The notes under the pieces are model-generated. The model was not told the origin of the DNA and searched no databases. It worked only from the letters and a program-made list of their open reading frames with translations. Of a stretch of DNA of 64,000 nt, positions 26,421 through 36,157 are shown in pieces. The stretch is from Candidatus Undinarchaeales archaeon. GTDB taxonomy: Archaea; SpSt-1190; JASMDC01. The stretch spans positions 1 to 64,000 of the forward strand of contig JASMDC010000009.1 in NCBI GenBank assembly GCA_030753015.1. The letters are read 5' to 3'. Every line of letters begins with the position of its first letter. The first letter of the stretch is position 1. Position numbers and translations under genes: made by a program.

Positions 26421-27612
26421 ACTCGTACCGACAGGGTCTTCTTCACCAGCACACCACAACGGCTGCACATTTGAGAGGTGTTCTTTGGGTCAACCAGTTC
26501 CACGCGCCCACCGGCCCCTTCCGCCTTGTAGGTCGTGAACTGGATGAGTTGGTTCCAGGAAGCATCAATGATCGACTTGGCAAGATGATGGTTCTTCACC
26601 ATGTTCATGATGTTGAGTTTCTCGAAGGTGATGGTGGAATAGCTATCGGCGAGCTTGCGGGAGAGCTTGTGGGCGAAGTCCCTGCGCTGGTTGCGAACCC
26701 TGCGATGGGTCTTCGCAAGGACTCTCTTAGCCTTCTTCCTGCGATTCGAGCCCTTCCTCCTCCGCGACACACGGCGCTGTGCCCTCTTGATCTTCCGCTC
26801 CGACTCCCGGAGGACGCGGGGGTTATCGATGACCGTGCCGTCCGACAGGGTGGCGAACTTCTTGAGGCCGACATCGATACCGACCGAGGGATTGGCATTC
26901 ATCCTCGGTCCCGCCTCGACCTCGCAAGAGAATACCGCATACCATTGGTCAACATCGCGCGTGATGGTAAGGGTCTTGATCGCCCCCTCGACGGGCCTGT
27001 GGAGCTTGATTCTGACGGAGCCTATCTTTGAGAGTGTGACGTGTTCACCGTCCTCGGAGAGGGAGAAACCGCTCTGTGGGTAGGTGAACGAGTCGTATCT
27101 TCCTTTGCCCTTGAAACGGGGGTGTCCGGGCACCTCACCGTTCTTCACCCTGCGGAAGAAGGCGTCGAAAGCCTTCTTGAGTCTACGGAGCACATCCTGA
27201 AGGACCTGGGAGTGGACTTGGAGTTCGTCCTTGCCCGCTGCAAGGGCGTTGGCCTGGTGTGTGTAAGTGACGCTACGCTGTTTCTCCTTCCACGCATCCC
27301 TGCGTTCCGCAAGTGCGTTGTTGTAGAGCCGGCGGCATGTTTCCAGGGTGGCAAGAAGCGTGCGCACCTGGGTCCTGTTCGGATAGATGCGAGATCGGTA
27401 TGATCTCCTCATCCCTTCAACCTCGAGATCATGACCTTCTCCCCAGTCCATTTCTTCGGGACGGACACCACCCTACGATAGTATTTACTTAGGTTCGCAT
27501 CTTAAATATAGTCTTGGGGGGTATGATGCCGGTATTCCGGAAGCGAGAAGCGTGAATGATATGGGCGATCCATCCCCACAACGAGTTTGGGGCTCTTCTA
27601 GCCGATAACTTC
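26265..27612 (-). mobile_element. IS200/IS605-family tnpB-only (IS1341-like) element
   Basis: Left end on the minus strand: TTTAT|GAAGTTATCGGCTAGAAGAGCCCCAAACTCGTTGTGGGGATGGATCGCC (hairpin). Right end: GGGAAGCCTCTCTGCTTGTAGGGGGGTAGTTCAC. No tnpA inside. Confidence 0.82.
26270..27412 (-). CDS. tnpB: RNA-guided endonuclease TnpB
   Basis: YRSRIYPN HTH region, CRRLYN, RuvC I GIDVG, RuvC II FEKL, Zn finger CSRC/CWNC, RuvC III DRDLNAAINI; all catalytic residues present. Start could be 27451. Confidence 0.96.
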   Translation of the reverse strand: MRRSYRSRIYPNRTQVRTLLATLETCRRLYNNALAERRDAWKEKQRSVTYTHQANALAAGKDELQVHSQVLQDVLRRLKKAFDAFFRRVKNGEVPGHPRFKGKGRYDSFTYPQSGFSLSEDGEHVTLSKIGSVRIKLHRPVEGAIKTLTITRDVDQWYAVFSCEVEAGPRMNANPSVGIDVGLKKFATLSDGTVIDNPRVLRESERKIKRAQRRVSRRRKGSNRRKKAKRVLAKTHRRVRNQRRDFAHKLSRKLADSYSTITFEKLNIMNMVKNHHLAKSIIDASWNQLIQFTTYKAEGAGGRVELVDPKNTSQMCSRCGVLVKKTLSVRVHECWNCGLTIDRDLNAAINIQDRSGWEPPDAPVELETASKREASLLVGG

Positions 27613-27814
27613 ATAAATCAACACGACTCAGTTATTAGTAGAGTGCCTATGGAGAATGCATCGCTGCGAACGGTCGTGGCTACGCTCACCTCCAGCTTTG
27701 GCACTACGACTTGGTTCGGCTTCTGAGGGATCCACTCCCGCTCCCGGGTAGTGGTCCCCGACCGTTTACTCAGGAGCGTGACATCCCTGCCGAACGAAGA
27801 CAGAGGTGGAACGC

Positions 27815-29161
27815 ATGGAAGAAGAAAGGACCCAGGACGAGATCGCACAACACGTAGATGTACGAATCCCCGATAGTTGGGACGGGTCCTTTACCACTAC
27901 GGTCGTTCTCAAGATCGGCGGCTCCTGCCTCGCTGACGGACCGTCCATCAGGATGGTCGTCGACCGGATCGCCGAGATCAAGGCCCGGGGTATCACCCCC
28001 GTTATCGTCGTCAGTGCCCTCAAGGGAATGACGGACGCGCTCCTTGACGTGGCCACGAACGCCAACGGTGGGCATGATCCGCGGCTCGTGGACAGGATCG
28101 TGGCCGAGGGTGAGCAGCTGAGCGCTCGCATCCTGCAGACCGCGTGCGAGAGCGCTGGCGTGCAGGCACGTGCCGTGCTCCTGGCGGATCCCGTGTTCCC
28201 CGTGGTCACCGACGACCGACACGGACATGCGAAACCCTTGCTCGATAAGACCATGCAGCGCTCGCAGGCGGTGCTGGAGCCTCTCCTGGCCGACGGCATC
28301 GTGCCAATCGTCCCCGGTTTCGTGGGCATGACCCTGGCGGGCGAGATCACGACCCTGGGGAGGGGCGGCTCGGATACGACCGCGGTGCTCTTGGGTAGGG
28401 CGCTGCACGCTCGCGAGATAGTCCTGGTCAAGGACGTACCCGGTGTCTGCTCCGCTGACGCTCGGACCGTCGATGACGTGAGGACGCTACCGGAGATGAG
28501 CGTCGAGGAGGCCGCAGAGCTCGCTGCATACGGTGGAGAAGTGATCTGTCCCGGCTCTCTGGCCTACAAACCGGCCGATGTACCGGTACGGGTCGTGGGT
28601 CTGGACGCACCCGATCTGTTGGCGGGTGGCACGCTCATCACAGGCGAGCTTCGGAGCGAGGTACGCGTGGAGGTCGTAGGCAAGGAACTGGCCGCTGTGA
28701 CCGTTGTCGGAAAGGGTGTCGGGAACGAGCGTGGACTGCTCGGTCGGTGCACCGGAGCATTGGCGGACATTGGTATCGATGTGGTCGCCGTGTCCACATC
28801 AGGACTGTCGCTGTGCCTCTATCTGGACCTTGACAGCGTGAATGCGGCCACACAGGCCCTGCACCATGTGGTGCTCGACGGTCATCGATTGTCCTCAGTG
28901 ACCGCACGGTCCGGTCTCATGTCACTGTCGGTGACTGGACTGGAGGTCGGCCGGGGTGCGATCAGCGCCATCGATACCGCGCTCGCACGTGAAGGTATCG
29001 AGGTCGTCGATATAGCCACCCGCCCCTCACACGCAACAGTGGTCGTGGATGCCAGGGACGCGGAGCGGGCCCGGGAGTCGCTGGCTGGAGCGTTCGCGGC
29101 CGACGGGCCGCGGACATCTCTGCTCGTGCCCCGTCCCGCGGCAGGACCTATCCCCTCGTGA
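27815..29161 (+). CDS. lysC: Aspartate kinase with ACT domains
   Basis: VLKIGGS, VVSALKGMTD, GEQLSA, TTLGRGGSDTTA, KDVPGV.SADAR; C-terminal ACT repeats; GAGGTG RBS. Confidence 0.93.
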   Translation: MEEERTQDEIAQHVDVRIPDSWDGSFTTTVVLKIGGSCLADGPSIRMVVDRIAEIKARGITPVIVVSALKGMTDALLDVATNANGGHDPRLVDRIVAEGEQLSARILQTACESAGVQARAVLLADPVFPVVTDDRHGHAKPLLDKTMQRSQAVLEPLLADGIVPIVPGFVGMTLAGEITTLGRGGSDTTAVLLGRALHAREIVLVKDVPGVCSADARTVDDVRTLPEMSVEEAAELAAYGGEVICPGSLAYKPADVPVRVVGLDAPDLLAGGTLITGELRSEVRVEVVGKELAAVTVVGKGVGNERGLLGRCTGALADIGIDVVAVSTSGLSLCLYLDLDSVNAATQALHHVVLDGHRLSSVTARSGLMSLSVTGLEVGRGAISAIDTALAREGIEVVDIATRPSHATVVVDARDAERARESLAGAFAADGPRTSLLVPRPAAGPIPS

Positions 29162-29170
29162 GGGGATTGT

Positions 29171-29647
29171 CTAGCACAGGGGGAGGAGGTGCTCTACCTC
29201 TTCCCCCCTTTCCGCGGCCTCGAGAAGGAGCCTTGCGAGCTTGCGTTTCTCACTGAAGTACACCTTAAGGGCAGCGCTCTCACCGTAGAGTCTGTGCAAC
29301 ATCGTATCCCTCCCTGCGGGGCACCCTCTTCTACGCATACAGCAGTAAGAGAGCGATCCGAAGCAGACCTCGTCGCAGTCCCACCCCCGCTCACGTGAGA
29401 ACGCGTCCTTGATGCGGACGAACTCATGCTGCGACAGACCGATGCGAGAGAGGACGGCGTCGCGTCGGCACTTACTGGCAAACACCAGCGGCATGCCTGG
29501 CTTGCAGCAGAAGGTGAGCGCGCGGGCGTCCCCGCCCATGCACACGGGCACGGGCGCTCTCTCCCAGCCGGGCACGTCCCGGAGCTTCGAGGGATCGAGC
29601 TCACCCTTGTCTGCCTCTGTGATAGGATCAATCTTCACAGCCATCAT
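29171..29647 (-). CDS. Cys-rich protein resembling the methanogenesis marker 9 domain
   Basis: W..AP..VC.GGD.R.L.FCC, CFGSL.YCC, C..RD, Y...K.KLA pattern recalled for that domain. Confidence 0.65.
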   Translation of the reverse strand: MMAVKIDPITEADKGELDPSKLRDVPGWERAPVPVCMGGDARALTFCCKPGMPLVFASKCRRDAVLSRIGLSQHEFVRIKDAFSRERGWDCDEVCFGSLSYCCMRRRGCPAGRDTMLHRLYGESAALKVYFSEKRKLARLLLEAAERGEEVEHLLPLC

Positions 29648-29764
29648 CCCGACATCGTCCGATGGACACCCGAAATGGAGGACCTAAACGCTTTTATTAC
29701 GAACCTGGAAGGCCCGTATAACGAAAGGGAAGGTATAAACCCTCATCCCTTGGCATCGAGCGAC

Positions 29765-30657
29765 ATGATGGTCGCGTACGATGTCGCTGCGAACCATGCA
29801 CTGGCCGACGACTATGGCTGCATCGCCTTCGACATCGACGGGACACTAGCAGCCCGGGACGCCACCGGGAGCTACGCACCACTGGAAGGCGTTGTGGACA
29901 CCCTCGAAGCGCTTCGAGAGAAGGGCACGAAGATCGTGTTCATGTCAAATAATCCCATTAGTGACGGCGACTACGCTCAGCGGTTGGAGGCTATCGGGCT
30001 CTACACCGAAAGGGAGGAGATCATCACACCCATCGACGTGCTGGAGCATTTCGTCGGAGGACGGACGCCCGGGTGTACGCAGTGGGTATGGACGACAGGA
30101 CAAAGGAATACGTCACCGGATTCAGCGATGTCGTGAATGACGGTGCTGAGTACGTGGTAGTTGGTTGGCATCCGGCGTTCTTCGATAGTGGGAACGGAGC
30201 CGAGAGAGATGTCCAGTACGCCTCTGCGGCCACGCAGCTCGCTCAGGGCGCACGGCTCGTGATAACGAGCGACGAAGCGGACGTACCCATCGAAGGTGGT
30301 TCCATCCCCGGCACCCACAGCATGGTATCGGCTATCCTGGACAACGTTGAACGACAGTACGGCACCGACGCGAGAGAACGTTCCGAGCGAGGGATCGTTA
30401 ACGTCGGTAAACCTGGTGATATCAGCTATCAGGTGTTAGAGAGCCTCGCTGACGGCGAGAACGTCCTGATGGTGGGCGACTCGCTCAACACGGACATCCT
30501 CGGCGCAGCACGAAACGGGATGGACGCCGCTCTCACCCTAACCGGGAACGCAGCTAGGTATCGGGACGATGCCGACGCGCTGGATGCGGACCTTTCCTCC
30601 TATGGTATCGATCAACGCCCCCACCTACTACGCACCATCGACGAGCTCGTTCGGTAG
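29765..30657 (+). pseudogene. HAD-IIA (NagD-like) hydrolase split by a frameshift near 30050-30072
   Basis: Motif I FDIDGTL and motif II MSNN are in one frame; VYAVG, VGKP and MVGDSLNTDI.GA are in the -1 frame. May be a sequencing error. Confidence 0.8.
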
Positions 30658-30672
30658 GATCGTGCGGCCAGC

Positions 30673-31551
30673 TCAACCGACCACAAGCACTATCCCCGCC
30701 ACGGTAACGATCACACCGGCGAACAGCCGTGCAGTAACGCGCTCACCAAAAATAAGTGTGATGAGGGCGGTGAGAATGGGACTGGCAGCGGTGATGGAGG
30801 AGATGATGGTCCCCCGTTCCAGGGCAAGTCCCTTGTACATGAGCAGCGTGCCCAGGGCCGTGCCGAAGAACCCACCCGCGCTCATGTAGAACACGCTGCT
30901 GCGGTCCAGCCGGGATCCCAGCCCGCGCAACCGACCGGCGGCCGCGTTCATGACCGTAAGGCACAGGAACGCACCGATGAGCTGGCCGAGGTTCAGTAGC
31001 TCGGGAGATACGGACACGACCAACGTCTTGAAGATGGCGATACCGATCCCCCATCCGGCAGCGGTACCGAGGGGGATGAACACGCCACGGCCGTACCACG
31101 GGCCGACCTCGACCTCCGTGATTTCACTGCTTCTGGCGGTCGACACGAGGTACACACCCGCGGTGACCAGAGCGATCCCGGCGATGATGTGCGCAGAGAC
31201 AGGCTCACGCAGGAAGAGCAGGACGAAGATCGGATACACTGAACTGATGGTGGCAGCACGAGCGGGACCGATGACCTGTATTCCCTTGATGAGCAGTGTA
31301 TCGGCCGCGCCGAAATGGAGCCCGCCGACACCGAGCATGATGGCCACCAGCGGGAACGTGAGGGTGCTCAGTCCGTCGGATGCAGGAGAGTACATGACAT
31401 ATCCGGTGAACACCAAGAGCGTAGCCGCCAGCCGTACGAGGTTGGCCAATGAAGGGGGCAGGTCACGAGAGCCACGCTCGTAGAACACCGGGGCCAGCGC
31501 GAAGCACACACAGGCGGCGAATCCGTACATGATACCCTCTGTACCGACCAT
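30673..31551 (-). CDS. DMT/EamA-family transporter
   Basis: About 10 TMs in two repeats; ADTLLIKGI..IGPARA..ISSVYP, ITAASPILT..FGE. Confidence 0.9.
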   Translation of the reverse strand: MVGTEGIMYGFAACVCFALAPVFYERGSRDLPPSLANLVRLAATLLVFTGYVMYSPASDGLSTLTFPLVAIMLGVGGLHFGAADTLLIKGIQVIGPARAATISSVYPIFVLLFLREPVSAHIIAGIALVTAGVYLVSTARSSEITEVEVGPWYGRGVFIPLGTAAGWGIGIAIFKTLVVSVSPELLNLGQLIGAFLCLTVMNAAAGRLRGLGSRLDRSSVFYMSAGGFFGTALGTLLMYKGLALERGTIISSITAASPILTALITLIFGERVTARLFAGVIVTVAGIVLVVG

Positions 31552-31613
31552 TGGGTATGCCTCGACCACTGTAAACTGAGCCCGTTCTCTTAAGAACCTA
31601 AGGGGCTGAGGTT

Positions 31614-33404
31614 CTAGCACTTATCGTCATGCACGGCCACGGGGACGTAGATCTCGCCAATCCGTTCCATGAGAAGGGGTTGTACGATGATGTCGCGGTC
31701 GGGATTCTCCCCAGAACCTATCTCTACCAAAGAGGCGGCCACCTGGACCATGTGCGTGGGAGCGCCTGCTTCGTCCCGCGATGGCCGGGCGATGCGCAGA
31801 TAACGGCCCGGTTCCGCCCTTTTAATAGAGTACCGACCCTCCTCGTCGGCTATGGCGCGTAGCAGTGGCCCCGGTCCCAGGGGCGCGAACAGCACTTCCA
31901 TGTAGCGGTCCGGCGTGCCCTCGACGTATCCGAGGGGCTCACGGTCACGCTCCTCCACCCGCCGATCCGTTGTGCACAGGACGGTGTGGTTGAGGTACAC
32001 GCGCCCGGCCATGCTCCCGAATGACTGCATGGCCACCGTCTCGCTCAGGGTCTCGTGGATGTTACGCTCAAGAGTTGTCCGTGCCAGCCCCGTCGGCTCC
32101 GTCGAGCCGATGGTAATGGTATGCACTCCGCAGGGCACCCCATCCTTAACTAGATGCCCGTCGGTGTAGGGGAAGGAGCAGGCGTCCACGTTCACGCTAC
32201 CCGCCTGCGAGTCCTGGATCGTGATATCGAGGGCACAGGGGCCTGCACAGGGATCGTCGATCTCGGTAGGGAGGCCATGGTCCTCCTTTATCGTGATGTT
32301 CTCTCCAACAAGGAGTGGTCGCATGTAGAGCATGAGCTCGAGAGGTTGTGAGAGGTCCGTGCCCGAGGCACCCACCACTTGCGAAGCCTTGTTCAGGTCC
32401 CTGAGCACAAGGCGCACTGGGAAATCGACATTATATGAGACCGTGTAACGGCCCATGCACTGGTCACTGGCCACGTCTGTCAGGGGCATGGCGGTGGGGA
32501 CGAGAATGATCTCTTTGGTGCTCTCGTAGTCCTCCAGCCCGGCGTTAGCGAACATGGTGAAGTTCACGGCCAGTTCCGTGAGCGAGTGGTCCCACTCCAG
32601 CGACGCGTCGGGGAGCCCGTCGTTGGCCAGTGCCATGGCGCGGGCCACGGCCAGGCGTACGTTGTCGCGCACGGGCCCGATCAGCTGGTCGCGCTCGCGG
32701 AGCACGGTGCGGGAACTGCAGGCCACGGTGCCGGACACCATCCCGGGCGGTGACGGTACACGCTCGTCGTTGATGAGCCCGGTGAGCAGAGTACCCTCCA
32801 TGGTTCTGTTCTGGTCATAGGCGTGGAGGAACGCGCGTGCGGTCTTGATGAGCAGCCCGAGTCTAAGGGAGTAGGCGTGTGACACTGACGCCGTCTCACG
32901 CGCCACCGCCTCCTTCCCGACGACGGTGTAGGGCATGTCCAGGTCGACCTCGAGCTCCTCCGGAGCGATGCGTGCCGTTACCGTGGGCGCCCCCACTTCA
33001 ACACCTGTACCAAGGTCCATCGTGGTCAGGGCGTCGCCTACCAGTGCTTCCACGCGTCGCGCGAGCATGGCCTCGACGGCTTCCACGGTCGGGAGGTTGA
33101 CCACGGCTCCACGGTAGAAGAGATAGGGCACGCCGTTCACGCTCTGTCGCGGCGCCATCCCCGTGGGGAACCCACCATGGGCTGCTATCTCGAGCGCCGA
33201 CTCGGCGACCGCCTCGTCGAGCACACTGGCGACCATGGCCTGGACATCTATGAGGGTGTCACGGGTCACTGCGGTTTCCTGGCGCTCGATCCTTGTGTCC
33301 CGGTCAACTTCCGTCCCCTGTGACATCATGTACATGGTCATGATGATGGCCAGTGCCACCGCCATCAGGCCCAGCATCATGGCCTGGCCCCTTCGACGCC
33401 TCAA
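31614..33404 (-). CDS. Large pilin-like protein with class III signal peptide
   Basis: N-terminus MRRRRG|QAMMLGLMAVALAIIMTMYMM matches the archaeal prepilin cleavage pattern; start overlaps the upstream stop. Confidence 0.75.
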   Translation of the reverse strand: MRRRRGQAMMLGLMAVALAIIMTMYMMSQGTEVDRDTRIERQETAVTRDTLIDVQAMVASVLDEAVAESALEIAAHGGFPTGMAPRQSVNGVPYLFYRGAVVNLPTVEAVEAMLARRVEALVGDALTTMDLGTGVEVGAPTVTARIAPEELEVDLDMPYTVVGKEAVARETASVSHAYSLRLGLLIKTARAFLHAYDQNRTMEGTLLTGLINDERVPSPPGMVSGTVACSSRTVLRERDQLIGPVRDNVRLAVARAMALANDGLPDASLEWDHSLTELAVNFTMFANAGLEDYESTKEIILVPTAMPLTDVASDQCMGRYTVSYNVDFPVRLVLRDLNKASQVVGASGTDLSQPLELMLYMRPLLVGENITIKEDHGLPTEIDDPCAGPCALDITIQDSQAGSVNVDACSFPYTDGHLVKDGVPCGVHTITIGSTEPTGLARTTLERNIHETLSETVAMQSFGSMAGRVYLNHTVLCTTDRRVEERDREPLGYVEGTPDRYMEVLFAPLGPGPLLRAIADEEGRYSIKRAEPGRYLRIARPSRDEAGAPTHMVQVAASLVEIGSGENPDRDIIVQPLLMERIGEIYVPVAVHDDKC

Positions 33405-36142
33405 GGGCCTCCCCCCTGCTCGTTGCTCCAGTTGCCTGGATTCCCTTCCGTCATCACGGGTACGCTGTCTGAGAGGGCGCCCCCTGGACCGTCCATGGTC
33501 ACAACGAGCTCGATGGAGCTTCCTTCTGTCGCCGGACCGGGGGGCAGCCGGGCCCGTGAGAGGTGGAGCTTCACTCCCTCATCGGTGCTGACGATGTGGG
33601 AGAGTGCAGCGGTGATATCGGTACCTCCCATGGTCACGGTGAAGTCGTCCTGGGTGACCATCGCCTGTGAGGTTATTGAGAGGTGGATGTCCATGGAGAA
33701 CCCGACGGACATCAGGAGATGGAACAGTGGTCGGTCGGCGCTCCCCGGACTGATATGGGAGATGTGCATGGCCGCAGGTGCCTCGTCCACCACGTCGAGG
33801 AGTATGCGAGCGGATCCCCTGCGCCCCAGCGAGATGATCTCGAGCAGCAGGTAGTTCGAGCGTGGGAGCGAGGTGCTCTGGAAGGTGGGGACCACGCTCC
33901 ATGTGCCCGCGTCCGGATCGTAGGTGGCCGCCACGGTGTCCGGCCGCAGATCCTCCAGGGAGAGGATGAGGTCCTCGGGTTTTAGGTCACCCACGGGCTC
34001 TCCTGCGCTGTTGCGGATCGCGAGCTCCAGGCGGAGGGACACACCCAAATTTAGGTCGGCGGCATCGATGCGTCCGGGCGAGGCACGCATCACCTCGATG
34101 GTGAGCTCCCGTGAGTCCGATGGGTAGAGCACGGACACGGACCGTCGCACGGCCGCCAGATGCTCTCGATGGTAGACCTCCATCACTGCATCGTACGTGC
34201 CTGGTGGCAGTCGACCTTCCACAGGGAGCGATAGCTGCCAGGTGGTACCTGAAACGTCCACCGATGCGTTCTGTGATGCTAGGAAGCCCACACGTCCCCG
34301 TGCGCCGATTTCGGCAGCGGCAGTGGCGTCCAAGGGATCACCTTCACGACGCAGGATACCGCTCCACACGAGGGGGGTCCCTTCCAGCACAGCGGATGCG
34401 TCCATCTCACGGGGATTCAACTCCCGGACATCGAACTCCAGCACGGTAGCGATACATCCATCAGGAGTACATGTCTGCCCGGGATCGCAGGGGGAGACCG
34501 GTCCTTTATCGTCCAGGCACACGCAGTAGCCGTCGCACACCTCGCCTGGGCCGATGCAGCCGAACACCTCGCTCCCCCGTCGCGCCGTACACGAACCGGG
34601 GACCTGCACGATGATGTACGGTGAGCGGGTGGGCTCGGGCCGGCACCCGTCGGGCGTACACCTGTCCGTGGGCTGGCAGGCGTCCACAGGCTCGCCCCCT
34701 TCGTCGAAGCACAGGCACACAGGGATGGACATCGACGAGGGAGAGCACTGCTGGCCGTTCCCGATGCATGGTATGGGCTCGCCGTCAACAGAGAATGAGC
34801 CGCGGGGACACAAGGACTCCATGGGCGAACGGATGATGGGTTGCCATTCCCGGACCTCGATGGCCCGTGACGCCATACCGGTCAACCTCCCGTGGGCGTA
34901 CACCCGCGTCTGGACCACGTAGGTGCCCGGCTCGATGGTATCGTCCAGCTTGAGCTCCCGTTCCCCGCACCCGTCCTCACGGAGCACCTCGGCCAGCTCG
35001 TCATCCAGTACGACGGTCTCACAGGCCTCGCCGCTGCTCTGGATGTGGACCACGAGCTCCTCGCCCGGCCGGTAGTCCTCCCGGTCGGTCACGATGTCAG
35101 CAGGCTCGGCGGCAAGTCCCTCGAACGTGACGGGCAACGACACCGCAGCGCTCCCCTCTGAGGTCTTCGCGGTGACCTGTAGGAGGTACCGTCCCGGATT
35201 CCATGCCGTGGAGGTCCCCAGGGCGATGCGCGTGCAGTCCTCGAACGCGGCATGTGCCATCTCGCCAGTCCCCGGCAGCACCAGGGACGCGGCGCATGTC
35301 TCCAGCTCGTCCTCGGATGAGACCACGGGCATCACCGGTTCGCCCAGGCGCACGACCGGAGCGTCAAGGGTGACGTTGAAGGGGAACTGAGGCTCGCCGA
35401 CTCTGATGTTCGTCCGTGCAACGCCCGCGTCGCCGCTCCCGAGCACCACCATGGCGACCGTATAGGTGCCGGGTCGGAGCGTGGGTGGGACGCCCAGGAA
35501 GAACGGCTCGCACCCCGGGGCGTCGGCGATGACCAGCGGATCATCACCACGTAGGAGGGCGCCGATGCAAAGCGTGCCCGCCGCTGATGGGAGGGCGACG
35601 GCGTCACCTGCGACAAAGGGACCGTCGGGGATGTCTACGTTCACGGGAATGGTGTCCTTTCGCAATTTGAAACTGCTCGAGACCGGTGCGTCCCGAAGGT
35701 CGGTAACGACCGTCTCATGCGTGGGATAGCGGAGGAGCAGTTCTCTACGGACGGCCGTGATGGCGGGCGATAGTACGAACTGGACGGGTTTGTGCTCGAG
35801 ACCAAAGGACACTGAGACCTTGTCGCGACCGAGCTCGAGGTCATCGATGGAGAGCCCGCTCGCGGACACGACCGTGAACACGACCTGGCGCCGTGGCTCG
35901 TCGATAGCAGCCGTGCACGTGAGGGCCGAGGAAAGGACGCTGCATCGCCTCTCGAGCACGTCCTGCCGGGGGAGGGGTCCCTCATCAGAGAACGAGTACG
36001 TGAGCGTGACGGTCGTGAGGGCCAGCGATGCGACGTCAACCTCCTCCACGAGGGACGGTATGGTGGCGCTTATGGCCGGTAACAGGAGGAGCCCGATGCA
36101 GAGCGCGAGCACGTGCATCGTCAGGGTCGGTTCAGTGTCCAT
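33401..36142 (-). CDS. Secreted protein with Ig-like beta domains and a duplicated Cys-rich module
   Basis: Signal peptide; two CIG.G..C..C.C.D...PV..C.P...CTPDGC units. Confidence 0.8.
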   Translation of the reverse strand: MDTEPTLTMHVLALCIGLLLLPAISATIPSLVEEVDVASLALTTVTLTYSFSDEGPLPRQDVLERRCSVLSSALTCTAAIDEPRRQVVFTVVSASGLSIDDLELGRDKVSVSFGLEHKPVQFVLSPAITAVRRELLLRYPTHETVVTDLRDAPVSSSFKLRKDTIPVNVDIPDGPFVAGDAVALPSAAGTLCIGALLRGDDPLVIADAPGCEPFFLGVPPTLRPGTYTVAMVVLGSGDAGVARTNIRVGEPQFPFNVTLDAPVVRLGEPVMPVVSSEDELETCAASLVLPGTGEMAHAAFEDCTRIALGTSTAWNPGRYLLQVTAKTSEGSAAVSLPVTFEGLAAEPADIVTDREDYRPGEELVVHIQSSGEACETVVLDDELAEVLREDGCGERELKLDDTIEPGTYVVQTRVYAHGRLTGMASRAIEVREWQPIIRSPMESLCPRGSFSVDGEPIPCIGNGQQCSPSSMSIPVCLCFDEGGEPVDACQPTDRCTPDGCRPEPTRSPYIIVQVPGSCTARRGSEVFGCIGPGEVCDGYCVCLDDKGPVSPCDPGQTCTPDGCIATVLEFDVRELNPREMDASAVLEGTPLVWSGILRREGDPLDATAAAEIGARGRVGFLASQNASVDVSGTTWQLSLPVEGRLPPGTYDAVMEVYHREHLAAVRRSVSVLYPSDSRELTIEVMRASPGRIDAADLNLGVSLRLELAIRNSAGEPVGDLKPEDLILSLEDLRPDTVAATYDPDAGTWSVVPTFQSTSLPRSNYLLLEIISLGRRGSARILLDVVDEAPAAMHISHISPGSADRPLFHLLMSVGFSMDIHLSITSQAMVTQDDFTVTMGGTDITAALSHIVSTDEGVKLHLSRARLPPGPATEGSSIELVVTMDGPGGALSDSVPVMTEGNPGNWSNEQGGGP

Positions 36143-36157
36143 CAGCTCTCCCTCCTT

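Noticed and set aside
27523-27555. Ten-codon ORF as a tnpA remnant
   Set aside because: Too short and has no HUH or Tyr motif.
27620-27814. Riboswitch in the aspartokinase leader
   Set aside because: No recognisable lysine-riboswitch consensus.
30040-30080. Programmed ribosomal frameshift in the HAD gene
   Set aside because: No slippery heptamer or clear stimulatory structure.
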